Origin: Meyerozyma guilliermondii
Taxonomy: Eukaryota
Reading direction: 5' to 3'
Assembly: GCA_051546255.1 (NCBI GenBank)
Contig: CP128819.1
Span: 620,001 to 684,000 of the forward strand
DNA length: 64,000 nucleotides
The notes below the pieces were generated by a model. That model did no database searches. It was not told where the DNA came from and saw only the letters and a list, made by a program, of their open reading frames with translations. This document shows, in pieces, positions 53,396 through 64,000 of this stretch. The number at the start of each line of letters is the position of its first letter. Within the stretch, counting starts at the first letter, position 1. The translations under genes and the position numbers were made by a program.

Positions 53396-53584
53396 GATCT
53401 CTTCAACGCATAATATAAGCTTTTGGCTAACTTTTTGTAGAATTTTGGCTTGTCCCACTCGTCCTGTATGTACACCCAAATTTTCAGTCCATCTCAGAAG
53501 ATACTTAGAGCCGTTACTGGGTCGGAGCAACCATTATACCCACACTTCATGCATATATATAGATCCTAATTTTCCATTAGCACG

Positions 53585-56500
53585 ATGATAATACGATCGT
53601 TACTAAAACGACATAGGAGCTCACCAAAACCTTTCGATCTTGTTGAATGGTGCATCGTAAACCCGGGTTTCGCAAACGTCTATACTCATAAATTGAAGTC
53701 CCAGGTGCTCCCAATAAAGTCACTAGTATCTGCAGTTGGATTTAAGGACAGCAGTGAACCCCGTGCATTATCATCTCTGTTTGTTCCCCTGGTTTCATTA
53801 AATCACGAACACAAGAAGTATAAACTGGAATCTTTTTCAGAACTAGAAGACTTGGTGTTTGACAATACTAAAGTTGAAGAGCTTAGACTGCTTCTAGAGA
53901 AAGACACGATCAACGAAACTCAGGCTACATTCATAGTTCGTCATTTTTCAAATCTAATTGATATCGTTAGTGGGTATTCCAATGAAAGATATTTCCAATT
54001 GATTTGCGATATATGGCAAACATCTTTCCGTCGATCTTCTGGAAACAAAGCTGCCGCATCCTTACAAACCCAGCTATTTAATTCCAAGGACAAGTTCGTC
54101 CATATACTAATGAATCATGGAGAATACTCGTTTTACGAGAACCATGTGCGGCCGTTATACCTTTTACCAGCTTACCGCTCTTTACCAACATGGGCAGATA
54201 CTCTAGCAACTACCATCCAGTTCACATTATCACGCAAGGGAGAAATCCAGGTCAACATATCATCCATATCTCGGTTTCTTACCGGCAGTTCACACAGTTT
54301 AAAGCAGAAAAGATTACTTTTGGCGATCATGCTACGCAAATGTATCTTGTACTCGCCAAGAGATCATCGATATACCTATGCTTCGACATTTTTTGCCCTT
54401 CTCTCGAGTGTGGGAGATGATCATTTAGACTTACGGAAACCCGAGCATTCTGTTTATGACAAAGCTTTGAGGCTACTTTTCACCCCAGCAAGAAACACAT
54501 CTCTTGACATGCATCTACAAAATATACTAACGAGGGTCAAACCTCAATCCTCAGAGCTAAAGGCAAACCTCCTTACAACAGCCATGAGCTCGCTAATATC
54601 TTTCAGTCCCAAATCTGTGCTAGAATTATGGAAGCTCAAGCAGTCTTTACACTTACCGTTATCCGAAGATGATTTAACACTTTCCATGAGAGCTCTTTTT
54701 GACTTAAAACTATATGACGCAGTTACTGACCTTTACAATCGCCATGTCGAATTGCACCATGATGATCAAATCAGCGTATTTCTCAAGATCTGTGAAGAAA
54801 CAAAGGATTGGAAAGGTCTTCAGATCAAGTTCGAAGAGATGTATGGTAAGGGCTATTTGCCTTACGAAGTACATTATGCGCTCGTTATGAATGCTTTGGC
54901 TTCGATAGGATCCGTTCTGGAAGTCAAACAATTGTATGAGCAGTTGCAGAAGAGACAACTTCCTCCAAGTTCGAAAGTGTTTGCAGCGCTTATCAACGCT
55001 CATCTTTTCAGTGGTGATATTGAGAGTGCGACGAACGAGTTTGAGAATGTCCTTGAACATGCGGGGGAGTTGAACTTGAACAGTCAATCCTCGTCATATT
55101 TGTCTACCCTAATTGTTAAAATACAGTCAAAATCTCACAATCTTCCCAATCAGATGCGAATACTTGAAAGATGCGTTGAACGGCAGAAGGAGCTTGGTCT
55201 TGAACTAGTGGACGAAGAACACTTGAATGTGGTTCTCAACTTAGCGGGAACATTGTTTTCCCCTAAAGATGTTGAGCGTATACGTGAAATCGCATCTGAC
55301 TTGGACATGAGTTCAAGTACTATTTTGACATCTTTGATGAGGGTATACACTCATCTTGAGCAATTCGAAAAAGCAGAAGAAATCGCCTATGAAGCACACC
55401 AAGAATCCACTGTTCCGTTCACCAACGCTTCTGTTTATAAAGCACAATTGAGAAATTATCGTCAATGGTATCTCTCAGACCGAACTCGTGAGACTCGAAA
55501 TTTCCTAAGCGATCGGATTGAAACATTAATCGCTCGTTTCGAAGGTGGTAAAATCAGGATCGAAGGAGCAGATGGTTTAATGAGCGAAATTGTCAAGGTT
55601 TACCTCATGAATAACAAGCTAGCTGAAGCTGAAAACATTTTTAACCGGGCAAAACTGGCGGCAATGTTATCGGAGAACATTATCGTTCCATTCATGAAAT
55701 TCTATTCCAAGGAGAAAACATACGAAGGCTTTTCCAAAGTGCTCGATCTCTATCGACAAATGGCTTCACTCAAGATTGAGATTAGCACAAGGTCATATGT
55801 CCATTTGATGGAGGCTTTACTTTACCTCGATGGAAAAAGTGACAATGGCTTGAGTAACTCGTTTAAGCTTTTGGAATCTGTCTTTGAACTCAATGGCATA
55901 AAGCTTGAGAACGCTGCAAGATCACGAATTCTGGTCGAGCAGGCTCATGATAATGCCGTCAATCTATGCAAAATGGTGACACTCTATGTCATGGCTAACC
56001 AGGAATCATCTGAAGAATCCAGTACATTACTCTTTGATTTCGTCAACTTTATGCGTGGCATACTAGGAGAGAATTTTTCAAATCAGTTCAGATTCACCAT
56101 CTTTAATCTGTTGGGAAGGCTTTACTTGCTTCAAGGAATCCCCGAACTCACATCTCGTCTTGTAAAAAGTGGTCTTGGAGAATTGCAGGAAAAGATAAAA
56201 ACGTACATTAATGATTTTCCATATTCCCCGGAAGTTCTTATACCGCAAGCATTACAAAGAGAATACCGCCAATTAACCGGGCTCAAACTAAGGTTGCTTG
56301 AAAACAACAAACAAACAGATGTTCAGGAATATTTGGATCTTTATACTCAAGCAGCAGCCCTTCAAATCAAGTTGACAGGTCAACAATATAATGAGCTTTT
56401 AGAGCACATTACCGCAAACGAAGATCAGGTTTATCTCTTCGAGAGTTTAGAAATGTGTGAAGAACATTTGATAAGCGGAAACTGGCTTGAAGCCAAGCTC

Positions 56501-57067
56501 ATGAGAAAGAGGCAATTCTTGTATAAAGTGGTCATTTGTCATTACCTTGATGCTTTAGGTGAGGAAGCAGTTTTGAGAAACTTCAAAATCTTGAATGCTT
56601 ACTACAATGTTCTTGACTTGAAACAACTCAGGCAAGAGTTCCACGACGTTAAAGATCCTTTGAGCTTTTTGGAGCTGGAGTTGAAGGAAATCAACCAACA
56701 AGTTGATAGAAATTCTGATTGGACAGTCGACAGCATTTTATCCAACCTTCCCGAATTTTTCAGTCCTGAGAAACAAATTACATCTCGCTACAAAGTGGTT
56801 CCTCATCTTCTTAATCGTCTTTTGTTGGCGGTGAAGAGACATTGTGGACCTGATAATATGGTAGCCTTCAAATTAATGGACGAGTACCCAGAGACTATGG
56901 AGTATCTTGTTTATCATGAATCTAACAGCTTGAGACATGGGGTGTTCAGAGCAATGATTGACGAGGTACTTCCGCCACGAAAAAGCGAAGACTATAAGGC
57001 CCGTTGTGATAGAACATACGAGGCATTAAGTCACCTAAAGTCACTTCACGTAACTTACAAAATATAG
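53585..57067 (+). CDS. PET309: Mitochondrial pentatricopeptide-repeat protein, COX1 translational activator
   Basis: PPR units (HYALVMNALA...LYEQL...PSSKVFAALINAH); next to SPC3 and near MEF1, as PET309 is in S. cerevisiae. Confidence 0.82.
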   Translation: MIIRSLLKRHRSSPKPFDLVEWCIVNPGFANVYTHKLKSQVLPIKSLVSAVGFKDSSEPRALSSLFVPLVSLNHEHKKYKLESFSELEDLVFDNTKVEELRLLLEKDTINETQATFIVRHFSNLIDIVSGYSNERYFQLICDIWQTSFRRSSGNKAAASLQTQLFNSKDKFVHILMNHGEYSFYENHVRPLYLLPAYRSLPTWADTLATTIQFTLSRKGEIQVNISSISRFLTGSSHSLKQKRLLLAIMLRKCILYSPRDHRYTYASTFFALLSSVGDDHLDLRKPEHSVYDKALRLLFTPARNTSLDMHLQNILTRVKPQSSELKANLLTTAMSSLISFSPKSVLELWKLKQSLHLPLSEDDLTLSMRALFDLKLYDAVTDLYNRHVELHHDDQISVFLKICEETKDWKGLQIKFEEMYGKGYLPYEVHYALVMNALASIGSVLEVKQLYEQLQKRQLPPSSKVFAALINAHLFSGDIESATNEFENVLEHAGELNLNSQSSSYLSTLIVKIQSKSHNLPNQMRILERCVERQKELGLELVDEEHLNVVLNLAGTLFSPKDVERIREIASDLDMSSSTILTSLMRVYTHLEQFEKAEEIAYEAHQESTVPFTNASVYKAQLRNYRQWYLSDRTRETRNFLSDRIETLIARFEGGKIRIEGADGLMSEIVKVYLMNNKLAEAENIFNRAKLAAMLSENIIVPFMKFYSKEKTYEGFSKVLDLYRQMASLKIEISTRSYVHLMEALLYLDGKSDNGLSNSFKLLESVFELNGIKLENAARSRILVEQAHDNAVNLCKMVTLYVMANQESSEESSTLLFDFVNFMRGILGENFSNQFRFTIFNLLGRLYLLQGIPELTSRLVKSGLGELQEKIKTYINDFPYSPEVLIPQALQREYRQLTGLKLRLLENNKQTDVQEYLDLYTQAAALQIKLTGQQYNELLEHITANEDQVYLFESLEMCEEHLISGNWLEAKLMRKRQFLYKVVICHYLDALGEEAVLRNFKILNAYYNVLDLKQLRQEFHDVKDPLSFLELELKEINQQVDRNSDWTVDSILSNLPEFFSPEKQITSRYKVVPHLLNRLLLAVKRHCGPDNMVAFKLMDEYPETMEYLVYHESNSLRHGVFRAMIDEVLPPRKSEDYKARCDRTYEALSHLKSLHVTYKI

Positions 57068-57102
57068 CATCGTGTATATAATACTAGACATTCACATCAT
57101 TC

Positions 57103-57660
57103 CTATTGGGGAGGAGCCGGGGCAAACTGGAAGGAAGCCGGGGCCTTGATTTCTCCGTATATCAATGGCCCGACATAAGGCTGGATGTTCCATTCGAGAC
57201 GTACAGTTGCATTTCTCTGCCGAAACGACTTTTCTACGTCCCACACTGAATACTTTGATCTCTGGTTCTGTAAGCTAAGTGTAGCGTTGTCCTTGGACGT
57301 AATAATGCGATCCCAGTATGTGACTTTGTTGGAAGAACCATCGCTTTTGCCAGGATACTCGGCTGTCAAATAGACAAATATTTGTTTTGTGTTCCAATTG
57401 AACAACGGAGACAAGTCTGTCTCAAGGTCAAATACAATCTTGGAGTTTTCCTTGGGTTTACGGTTCACGGCACCGTAATTAAATGAAGATTTCCACAGAG
57501 CCAGAGGCTTGATGTTGGCTATAGTGGCAGTATTGAGGTTCCAAACATCTGCAGATATCAATTGACCAAGGGTTATAGCTACTATTACGCCACATAGTAC
57601 TATGGACGCGGTAAGGGCTTGGTTGGCCACACCCTGGACCCTGGTACTTAAGCTGAACAT
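57103..57660 (-). CDS. SPC3: Signal peptidase complex subunit Spc3
   Basis: N-terminal TM, DLSPLFNWNTKQIFVYLTAEY, YWDRII, WNIQP.VG. Confidence 0.96.
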   Translation of the reverse strand: MFSLSTRVQGVANQALTASIVLCGVIVAITLGQLISADVWNLNTATIANIKPLALWKSSFNYGAVNRKPKENSKIVFDLETDLSPLFNWNTKQIFVYLTAEYPGKSDGSSNKVTYWDRIITSKDNATLSLQNQRSKYSVWDVEKSFRQRNATVRLEWNIQPYVGPLIYGEIKAPASFQFAPAPPQ

Positions 57661-57915
57661 TAGTTAAAAAGACACGGAAGAGTGTTGAGAATATGGTGTC
57701 CTGTATACAGAGCCTAGTTCACGGTGAACACAAGAAGAGGACAGAAGAGGAATCAGTAGGTAGTGAAATTGTACATGTGTCTGCTTTCGGGTTATTCGTG
57801 TGATGTCTATGTATCTCGTGGCTTGTGTGTGATTTTACTAATCAAAACTGCAAATTTAAATAGTTTTTGTTGGCTACCATTAATGTATGCATTTTTCACT
57901 TCATTTGTTCTCTAT

Positions 57916-60225
57916 TCAGTTGTCCTTTTGCTGAAGGTACTCGTCATACAATTTCTGCTGTGCCTGCTGCTGCTTTGCCAATTTCTTTCTCATGCTTTTT
58001 GACACCTCTTCGCCTTGAGCGTCTTTGGTAGGCAAGCCTGCTTCGTCCCATTCCAGATAGGCACTGTCCTTGAACATTTCCGCAGGATTGATTTTCATTT
58101 TTTGTTTGCGTTCTTCTTCCTTTTTGGCATTGGCAGCAGCCTGTTGCTGCTTCTTGAGCTCTTTTTGTCTAGCGGCTTCTTCTTTTTGTTCTTGCTGTTT
58201 GATCAATTCCTCCTTTTCCTCATTGTTCAAGAACTTTACGAGTGCACCACCATTTGGCCGATCGTCCAACGACACTCCCAAATTGATAAGTTTGCCTCTA
58301 ACACCGTCACACTCGCTGAGTATACGATCGGCACTGGCCTTATCAATTGCCAAAGTGCGGACTGAATCACGGAACTGAGACAACGCTTTAACATAGGGCA
58401 TTGCCAACTCTTCCACTGATCCAGCACCAGAGGAGGTTTCAGAAGAATCATCAGACCAGCCAAGTCCATCGGGTCTTGTTTTGAAACCAAGAATGCTCAA
58501 AATACGAACTGTCCAGTTAGTAACCGCAAGCAAGCTTTCGATTCTCAATTTCGATGCATCAGCAGATCTCAGTTGGATGTAATTATTAGTTTTAGATACG
58601 AGATCCAGAAGTACTCTCAAGGCAACATGCGACGATAAATTATCGCAGAATGCATTGTGGACGTCATCTTGTGCCTTTTTGAGGTCCTTGTGAAGTTGTT
58701 TTTCTTCTTCACCAAGCTTTGTTGGAGGAAGTTCTCCATTGGAAATCAAGTCTCTATGGTCGCGATAAAAGGCACGAACATTGGTGAAAAATTTGGACAT
58801 GGTAGATTCGTATGCTTTGATCTCCTTGATTAAGCTGTCCTTGAAATCAAGTGGTCTGTCCCAAGCACTCATGGCAAACACCAACCGCATTTGTCTCGAT
58901 GTAAAGTCATTGAGTGCCTGCTCTATAGTGATGAAATTCTTGAGAGATTTCGACATTTTCTGGCCCTGGATGTGTAAGTGACCATTATGCATAAAGTAAT
59001 TGACCCATTGCTCGTTATTGAAGTAGGCTTCTGACTGGGCTAGTTCATTATCGTGATGGGGGAAACACAAATCGATACCTCCCGAGTGGATATCCATGGT
59101 CTCCCCAGTAATATCAGATGCCATGACGGAGCATTCAATGTGCCATCCTGGTCTACCAGGACCCCATTTGGAGTCCCACGCAGGCTCTCCTGGCTTAGAA
59201 GCCTTCCAGAGTGCAAAGTCTGCTGGGTTTTTCTTGGATTCTTGTCCGAGACTAAGAGAGCCTTCTCCGTCGTTGATTAAGGACATATCACCTTTGTTCC
59301 AGGGTTGCAACTTTGCGTAGTCGTGTTTCGGGTCGTTCTCGAACTTGGCAGTATCAAAGTAAACTGATCCATCCTTTGTAGGGTAGGCAAAACCATTGCT
59401 GATAATCTTCTCGACAAAAGCCATGATTTCGGGAATATACTCCGACACTCTAGTGGTGTATGTTGGAGGCAAGACATTCAAGCGAGCCATGTCTTCGTTA
59501 AACTTTCCCTCCCAGTACGAAGGCAACTTTTTGAAGATTGAAGGATCATTAACGGTGGAGCCGTACTCTTTATCGAGGGCAGGCATGGCGACGTCTCTAA
59601 TGGATTCAAGAAATGTAGGCAATGGAGTGTTCAAAGCTGCCGAGTCGTAAAGCACCTTGTGGGCAGCAGTAGCCGCTTTGACATGCATTGGGAGTTTGGG
59701 GGAGGACACAGCTAATGCGGTTATGTCGAGAGACTGTGTCCACGCGACGAGGTCTTTCTCTATATTCTGGTTGAAATCAGACAAATTTTTGTTAATGTAA
59801 TAAGCCAAAAATTCACGACCTTGTTTGAGCAATGGTTCAGTTACCGAATCATGAACATTGGCGAGTTTTTGCTCGAAAAGGTATTCTTGGCGAGCAGCGA
59901 CGATGATCTTGTCGTCGATGTCGGTAACGTTTTGAACAAATGTAACGTTGTAGCCAAAATAATCCTGGAGGATTCTTCTGCTGATGTCTGTAGAAACATA
60001 ATTTCTAGCATGACCCATATGAGAGTGATCATACACGGTTGGTCCACAACAGTACCAGGTGACATGATTGGGAACCAATGTATTGAATTCAGTTTTTGTT
60101 CTAGTTAAGGAATTGTAAATCATCAATGGAACCGAAGCCGTTTTGGCAGGCTGTCTCCATTGCGGCTGCGAAGCAGATCGGGCAGTAGTGGTGGACATGG
60201 TGAGTGTATGAAGAGCCCTTTTCAT
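57916..60225 (-). CDS. CRS1: Cysteinyl-tRNA synthetase (second in-frame ATG at 60198)
   Basis: [33 protein letters not shown]; track start at 60273 is GTG. Confidence 0.96.
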   Translation of the reverse strand: MKRALHTLTMSTTTARSASQPQWRQPAKTASVPLMIYNSLTRTKTEFNTLVPNHVTWYCCGPTVYDHSHMGHARNYVSTDISRRILQDYFGYNVTFVQNVTDIDDKIIVAARQEYLFEQKLANVHDSVTEPLLKQGREFLAYYINKNLSDFNQNIEKDLVAWTQSLDITALAVSSPKLPMHVKAATAAHKVLYDSAALNTPLPTFLESIRDVAMPALDKEYGSTVNDPSIFKKLPSYWEGKFNEDMARLNVLPPTYTTRVSEYIPEIMAFVEKIISNGFAYPTKDGSVYFDTAKFENDPKHDYAKLQPWNKGDMSLINDGEGSLSLGQESKKNPADFALWKASKPGEPAWDSKWGPGRPGWHIECSVMASDITGETMDIHSGGIDLCFPHHDNELAQSEAYFNNEQWVNYFMHNGHLHIQGQKMSKSLKNFITIEQALNDFTSRQMRLVFAMSAWDRPLDFKDSLIKEIKAYESTMSKFFTNVRAFYRDHRDLISNGELPPTKLGEEEKQLHKDLKKAQDDVHNAFCDNLSSHVALRVLLDLVSKTNNYIQLRSADASKLRIESLLAVTNWTVRILSILGFKTRPDGLGWSDDSSETSSGAGSVEELAMPYVKALSQFRDSVRTLAIDKASADRILSECDGVRGKLINLGVSLDDRPNGGALVKFLNNEEKEELIKQQEQKEEAARQKELKKQQQAAANAKKEEERKQKMKINPAEMFKDSAYLEWDEAGLPTKDAQGEEVSKSMRKKLAKQQQAQQKLYDEYLQQKDN

Positions 60226-60231
60226 GCACCG

Positions 60232-60238
60232 TGAGTCA
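60232..60238. promoter_or_regulatory. Gcn4-type site
   Basis: Perfect TGAGTCA immediately upstream of an aminoacyl-tRNA synthetase gene. Confidence 0.55.
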
Positions 60239-60594
60239 GTACGGAAAATGCTAAGGTGCGCTGGTAGAGGCACGCTTGGAGCCGAGCAGAGCAGATGTTC
60301 GCGCGAAGCGAGGAAGGTCTGGGTGCAGTCTAAGAGTGAGCTCGGCTGCTAGACTTGGGTATTAGGTGCTGGTAGGCTCTGGCTGGGTGAGGTACTGGTG
60401 GATGTAGATAAGGTAGAGGTCTATGGTTTAGAGTGGAACTATATTAGTTTTTGATTAAAACTAAGATATTTTTGGAATGCTACTATCAGACGTATCAACA
60501 TATAGTCATGTCTAGATCAATTGGTCTGAACGACCTGAAAGAGACATGTAGTTAGCCTCCCTCGTATTAAAGTCTATTGATTGCAACAGGTGCC

Positions 60595-60619
60595 AGGGCT
60601 GTGCCCTCGCGCATGTGAC
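60595..60619. promoter_or_regulatory. RP-gene promoter module (AGGGCTGTGCCCT plus CATGTGAC)
   Basis: Same 13-mer as upstream of RPL16, at a similar distance (~100 nt) from the ATG. Confidence 0.75.
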
Positions 60620-60711
60620 CTCGCGGCTCGTTTTTGTGTCACTTAAAATTTTCTGTCGCACACTCTTAGCCTCAGTCAATTTTCAAAACCCAACCAAAAC
60701 TACATTCGATA

Positions 60712-61116
60712 ATGTCTTCGTACTCTACCGTCAAGACCGCTAACTGGAGATTCGTTGAGGTGGGACGTGTTGTCTTGATCAACGCCACCAAAGAATTGGC
60801 CACCATTGTTGAGATTATCGACCAAAGCAGAGTTTTGATTGATGGTCCAAATGTCCAAAGACAAGCCATCGCTTTGGCCAAGACTGTATTGACTCCTATT
60901 GTGTTGTCCAACTTGCCAAGAGGCGCTAGAACCGGTACCGTGACCAAGAAGTGGGCTGCTGCCGACATCGATGCCAAGTGGGCTGCCACCTCATGGGCTA
61001 AGAAGATCGCTGCTAAGAACAGAAGAGCTGCTTTGACTGACTTTGAAAGATTCCAGGTGTTGGTGTTGAAGAAACAAAGAAGATACGCTGTCAAGAAGGC
61101 TGTTGCCAAGGCATAA
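60712..61116 (+). CDS. RPL14: 60S ribosomal protein L14 (eL14)
   Basis: [32 protein letters not shown]; strong codon bias; no intron. Confidence 0.98.
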   Translation: MSSYSTVKTANWRFVEVGRVVLINATKELATIVEIIDQSRVLIDGPNVQRQAIALAKTVLTPIVLSNLPRGARTGTVTKKWAAADIDAKWAATSWAKKIAAKNRRAALTDFERFQVLVLKKQRRYAVKKAVAKA

Positions 61117-61330
61117 ACAAACTGGAGGAGAAGAAGAACCCTGTTGTCCAACATGAATCTTGCCTTAAATATGTATTCTTAGTACGGTGTCTGTGGATAT
61201 CATAGGTTAATGTTGACGTCATTTGAGAGGTGTGTAGTGAGAGAAGAATAGAGTTATAACCCGTAGTTTGTTGGTACATTTGAACGTCTCGTCAAGTGTA
61301 ATATAAACTCAATTGAGATAGGCTAGTGAA

Positions 61331-61465
61331 TTTTCAGTTTCCACTTCCAACTATATATCCTACTCTGATACTTTTCAGCTACTTGGACTTGCAATTGACT
61401 TTCCCAGACACTTTTCATGATCGTTTTTCAGCTATTCGCTTTACTGTACTTTTCAGTTACTCTTG
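61331..61465. repeat. Loose repeat of CTTTTCAG(C/T)TAC-like units downstream of MEF1
   Basis: ttttcagttt, cttttcagctac, cttttcatga, tttttcagctat, cttttcagttac within ~130 nt. Confidence 0.45.
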
Positions 61466-61490
61466 TCTTAGTCTATCTACACTATTTACA

Positions 61491-63773
61491 TCACTTCTTC
61501 TGTTTCTTTTCATGCTCAGCAATCAATTCTCTTTGCAATTGCGGAGCACATTGCGAATACTTGCAAAACTCCAACGAAAATTCTCCCTTACCTTGGGTAC
61601 ATGCTCTCAAAGAAGTGGAAAATCCAAACATGGTGTTCAATGAACATTCAGCTGTCACCGTAAACTCATCTTGACCATTCACAGTTTCTAAAATCATACC
61701 TCCAAGCTTGTTAATCAACCCAACCACTGAACCTTGGAACTCATTAGGAGCACTCACCTCTACCGACATGATAGGCTCTAAGATAACTGGTTTTGCATTC
61801 AAAAAAGCTTGACGGAAAGCACCGTGAGTGGCAGTTCTAAACGACAATTCCGAAGAATCGACGACATGAGTTTGTCCATCATTGATATGCATATGGACTC
61901 CAAGAACCCGGTGTCCAATTAATGGACCCTTCTCCAAAGAGTCTTCGAATCCCTTGGAACAAGCAAATAAGAATTTTTCTGGAATTTTTCCTCCAACAAT
62001 ATGCTGTGAGAATTTGTTTTCTCCCTCCAATGGAGTCATCTCACCCATAACTCTACCATATTGACCTGAACCTCCACTCTGCTTCTTGTGGGTGTAGTCG
62101 AAGGTTGTAGGGGCAGTAATAGCTTCACGGTAAGAAACTTGAGGCTTTCCGGTAATACATTCCACACCGTACTCACGCTTCATTCTTTCCACATAAATTT
62201 CCAAATGCAATTCTCCCATACCAGAGATGATGGTTTCCTTCGATTCTGGGTCGTACTTCACCCGGAAAGTGGGATCTTCCTTCTGGAACCGGTTCATTGC
62301 TTTGGAAAACTGGCCATTATCTTTCGATTTGGGCAGGATCGACAACGAAATAACTGCTTCTGGAACGAACATAGAACTCATGGCAATCTGTTGCTCGGAA
62401 TTGTGACCAATAAAGGTATCACCAGAAGCACAGTCGATTCCAAAAGTAGCACAAATTTCTCCAGCACCAACTTCATCAACGTCTTCCATGTCGTTGGAGT
62501 GCATTCTTACCAAACGAGACACTTTAACTTTCTTTCCACTTTTGATGTGGTTCATATAGGAACCCTTCTTCAACTTACCTTGGTAAACACGAATGTACGT
62601 CAACTGTCCGTACTTGCCTTCTTCCAATTTGAAAGCCAATCCCACAAATGGTGCGGTACTCGAAGGAATCAAGTTAGTACGTTTTTCAACACCAGTCGAA
62701 ATATCCAATCCAGTATTCAAGATTTCGTTTGGTTGGGGCAAGTAGTCCACTACTGCATCCAAGACAGGCTGGACACCCTTATTTGCAAGTGCCGAACCCA
62801 TCAAGACTGGAGTGAACTTTCTGCCAATAGTAGCTCTCCTAATAGCCGCTTTAATTTGAGGAACTGTAGGTTCTTGGCCTTCCAAGTAAAGATCCGCAAT
62901 CTCCTCGTCGACGTCAGCCAAGGTCTCAATCAATAAAGCTCTTTTTTCTTCAACCAAATCGGCCAATTCAGCAGGCACTTCGGCAGCTCTGATCTCTTCA
63001 CCTTGAGCGCCCTCATTATACAAAGCCACCCGATCAATGATGTTGACAACTCCCTTAAGTTCGGACTCGGCACCAATGGGCACCTGAATGGCGGCAGCAG
63101 GAGTCTTTAACTTCAAGTTGATTTGTTCAATGGCTCTAAATGGGTCGGCACCCATACGGTCCATTTTGTTAATAAAAGTCACTCTAGGAACATTGTAACG
63201 ACGCATTTGACGGTCCACAGTCACGGTCTGCGACTGGACTCCGGAAACAGCACACACCACAAGAACAGCACCATCTAAAACCCGCAACGCTCTTTCGACT
63301 TCAATGGTGAAATCAATATGGCCGGGAGTATCAATCAAGTTAAAATGATAGTTTTTGTCATCTTTGTCCCACGAACAATATGTGGCAGCAGACTGAATCG
63401 TAATACCTTTTTCTCTTTCCAATTCCATATGGTCCATTTTGGCACCTACAGCGTCTCTTCCTCTGACCTCATGAATCGCTTTGATTCTACCAGTATAGTA
63501 TAACACACGCTCGGTGAAAGTGGTTTTTCCCGAGTCAATGTGAGCAGAAACACCGATATTACGGAGTCTCGACGAACTGGCCAAATCTTTTTCCGTCAAC
63601 AGCTGATTGATTTCGTCAATGATGACTTTTTCTTCTTCGTAAGTCTCGGGGATTTTTTCGTCAAAACGACGGATGGAAGAATGGAAATTTCTGTGCAAGG
63701 AGCTCGACACAACAGTGGGCGATACTGAAGGTCGCAAAGCCCGAAGGCCCCTGGGTAGCATTCCACGTATCAT
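61491..63773 (-). CDS. MEF1: Mitochondrial elongation factor G1
   Basis: [40 protein letters not shown]; Arg/Ser-rich leader; first ATG at 63773. Confidence 0.97.
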   Translation of the reverse strand: MIRGMLPRGLRALRPSVSPTVVSSSLHRNFHSSIRRFDEKIPETYEEEKVIIDEINQLLTEKDLASSSRLRNIGVSAHIDSGKTTFTERVLYYTGRIKAIHEVRGRDAVGAKMDHMELEREKGITIQSAATYCSWDKDDKNYHFNLIDTPGHIDFTIEVERALRVLDGAVLVVCAVSGVQSQTVTVDRQMRRYNVPRVTFINKMDRMGADPFRAIEQINLKLKTPAAAIQVPIGAESELKGVVNIIDRVALYNEGAQGEEIRAAEVPAELADLVEEKRALLIETLADVDEEIADLYLEGQEPTVPQIKAAIRRATIGRKFTPVLMGSALANKGVQPVLDAVVDYLPQPNEILNTGLDISTGVEKRTNLIPSSTAPFVGLAFKLEEGKYGQLTYIRVYQGKLKKGSYMNHIKSGKKVKVSRLVRMHSNDMEDVDEVGAGEICATFGIDCASGDTFIGHNSEQQIAMSSMFVPEAVISLSILPKSKDNGQFSKAMNRFQKEDPTFRVKYDPESKETIISGMGELHLEIYVERMKREYGVECITGKPQVSYREAITAPTTFDYTHKKQSGGSGQYGRVMGEMTPLEGENKFSQHIVGGKIPEKFLFACSKGFEDSLEKGPLIGHRVLGVHMHINDGQTHVVDSSELSFRTATHGAFRQAFLNAKPVILEPIMSVEVSAPNEFQGSVVGLINKLGGMILETVNGQDEFTVTAECSLNTMFGFSTSLRACTQGKGEFSLEFCKYSQCAPQLQRELIAEHEKKQKK

Positions 63774-64000
63774 GGTAGTGAAGAGAGAGGTCAAGTAAAC
63801 TTTGAAATTTTTCAGGCTGGGTGCAGGAAAATCTCACCAGATCAGGCACCTACGGCATGGGGAACTGAAGTGTATAGTAAATATCGTATAAATAGCTCAA
63901 AGTCCGTTCACGTTTCTAAACATCATGACGCCGTTCACGTTATCGTCATCAACATACTGGCACATGCGCATCACCTTCCATAATGAGTACCACATGGACT

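Larger units (their letters stand above)
52915..53440 (+). other. Three consecutive spliceosomal introns of a non-coding snoRNA host transcript (52915-53059/53062, 53063-53270, 53285-53440)
   Basis: Donors GTATGT, GTATGT, GTATAC; branch points TACTAAC 53051, TGCTAAC 53259, GGCTAAC 53425; YAG acceptors; each intron holds one snoRNA; exons are tiny. Confidence 0.8.

Noticed and set aside
60672..61154. 160-aa minus-strand ORF
   Set aside because: Antisense shadow of RPL14.
62088..62936. 282-aa plus-strand ORF
   Set aside because: Antisense shadow of MEF1.
1..64000. CRISPR arrays, tRNA or rRNA genes, intact transposons
   Set aside because: None recognised; the window is eukaryotic, and a tRNA could be missed by eye without tRNAscan-SE.

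Overview
Fungal (budding yeast) nuclear DNA from the CUG-Ser clade: CTG sits at Ser-conserved positions in several proteins, so the supplied translations misread CTG as Leu. The genus is probably Meyerozyma (inference from recalled homologues, not checked). The first ~19.6 kb is an accessory region with three intact tandem OPT-family oligopeptide transporters, a decayed fourth copy and duplicated promoter blocks. It also holds an AT-rich island encoding a 55-aa secreted Cys-rich peptide (absent from the ORF track) facing a 160-aa orphan, a 135-aa orphan with a truncated duplicate, and a possible dead Zn2Cys6 regulator. The rest is core genome: two unknown ORFs, RPL16, LEU4, NSR1, RIM8, KEL1, VPS53, TRP1, CCT8, SEC2, BNI1, MMS1, an MFS sugar porter, spliced YIP5, PET309, SPC3, cysteinyl-tRNA synthetase, RPL14 and MEF1. 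Between YIP5 and PET309 lies an intron-hosted snR41/snR70/snR51 snoRNA cluster whose first two introns abut through a 0-nt or 3-nt exon. All calls come from reading the sequence and recalled family knowledge; no searches were run.
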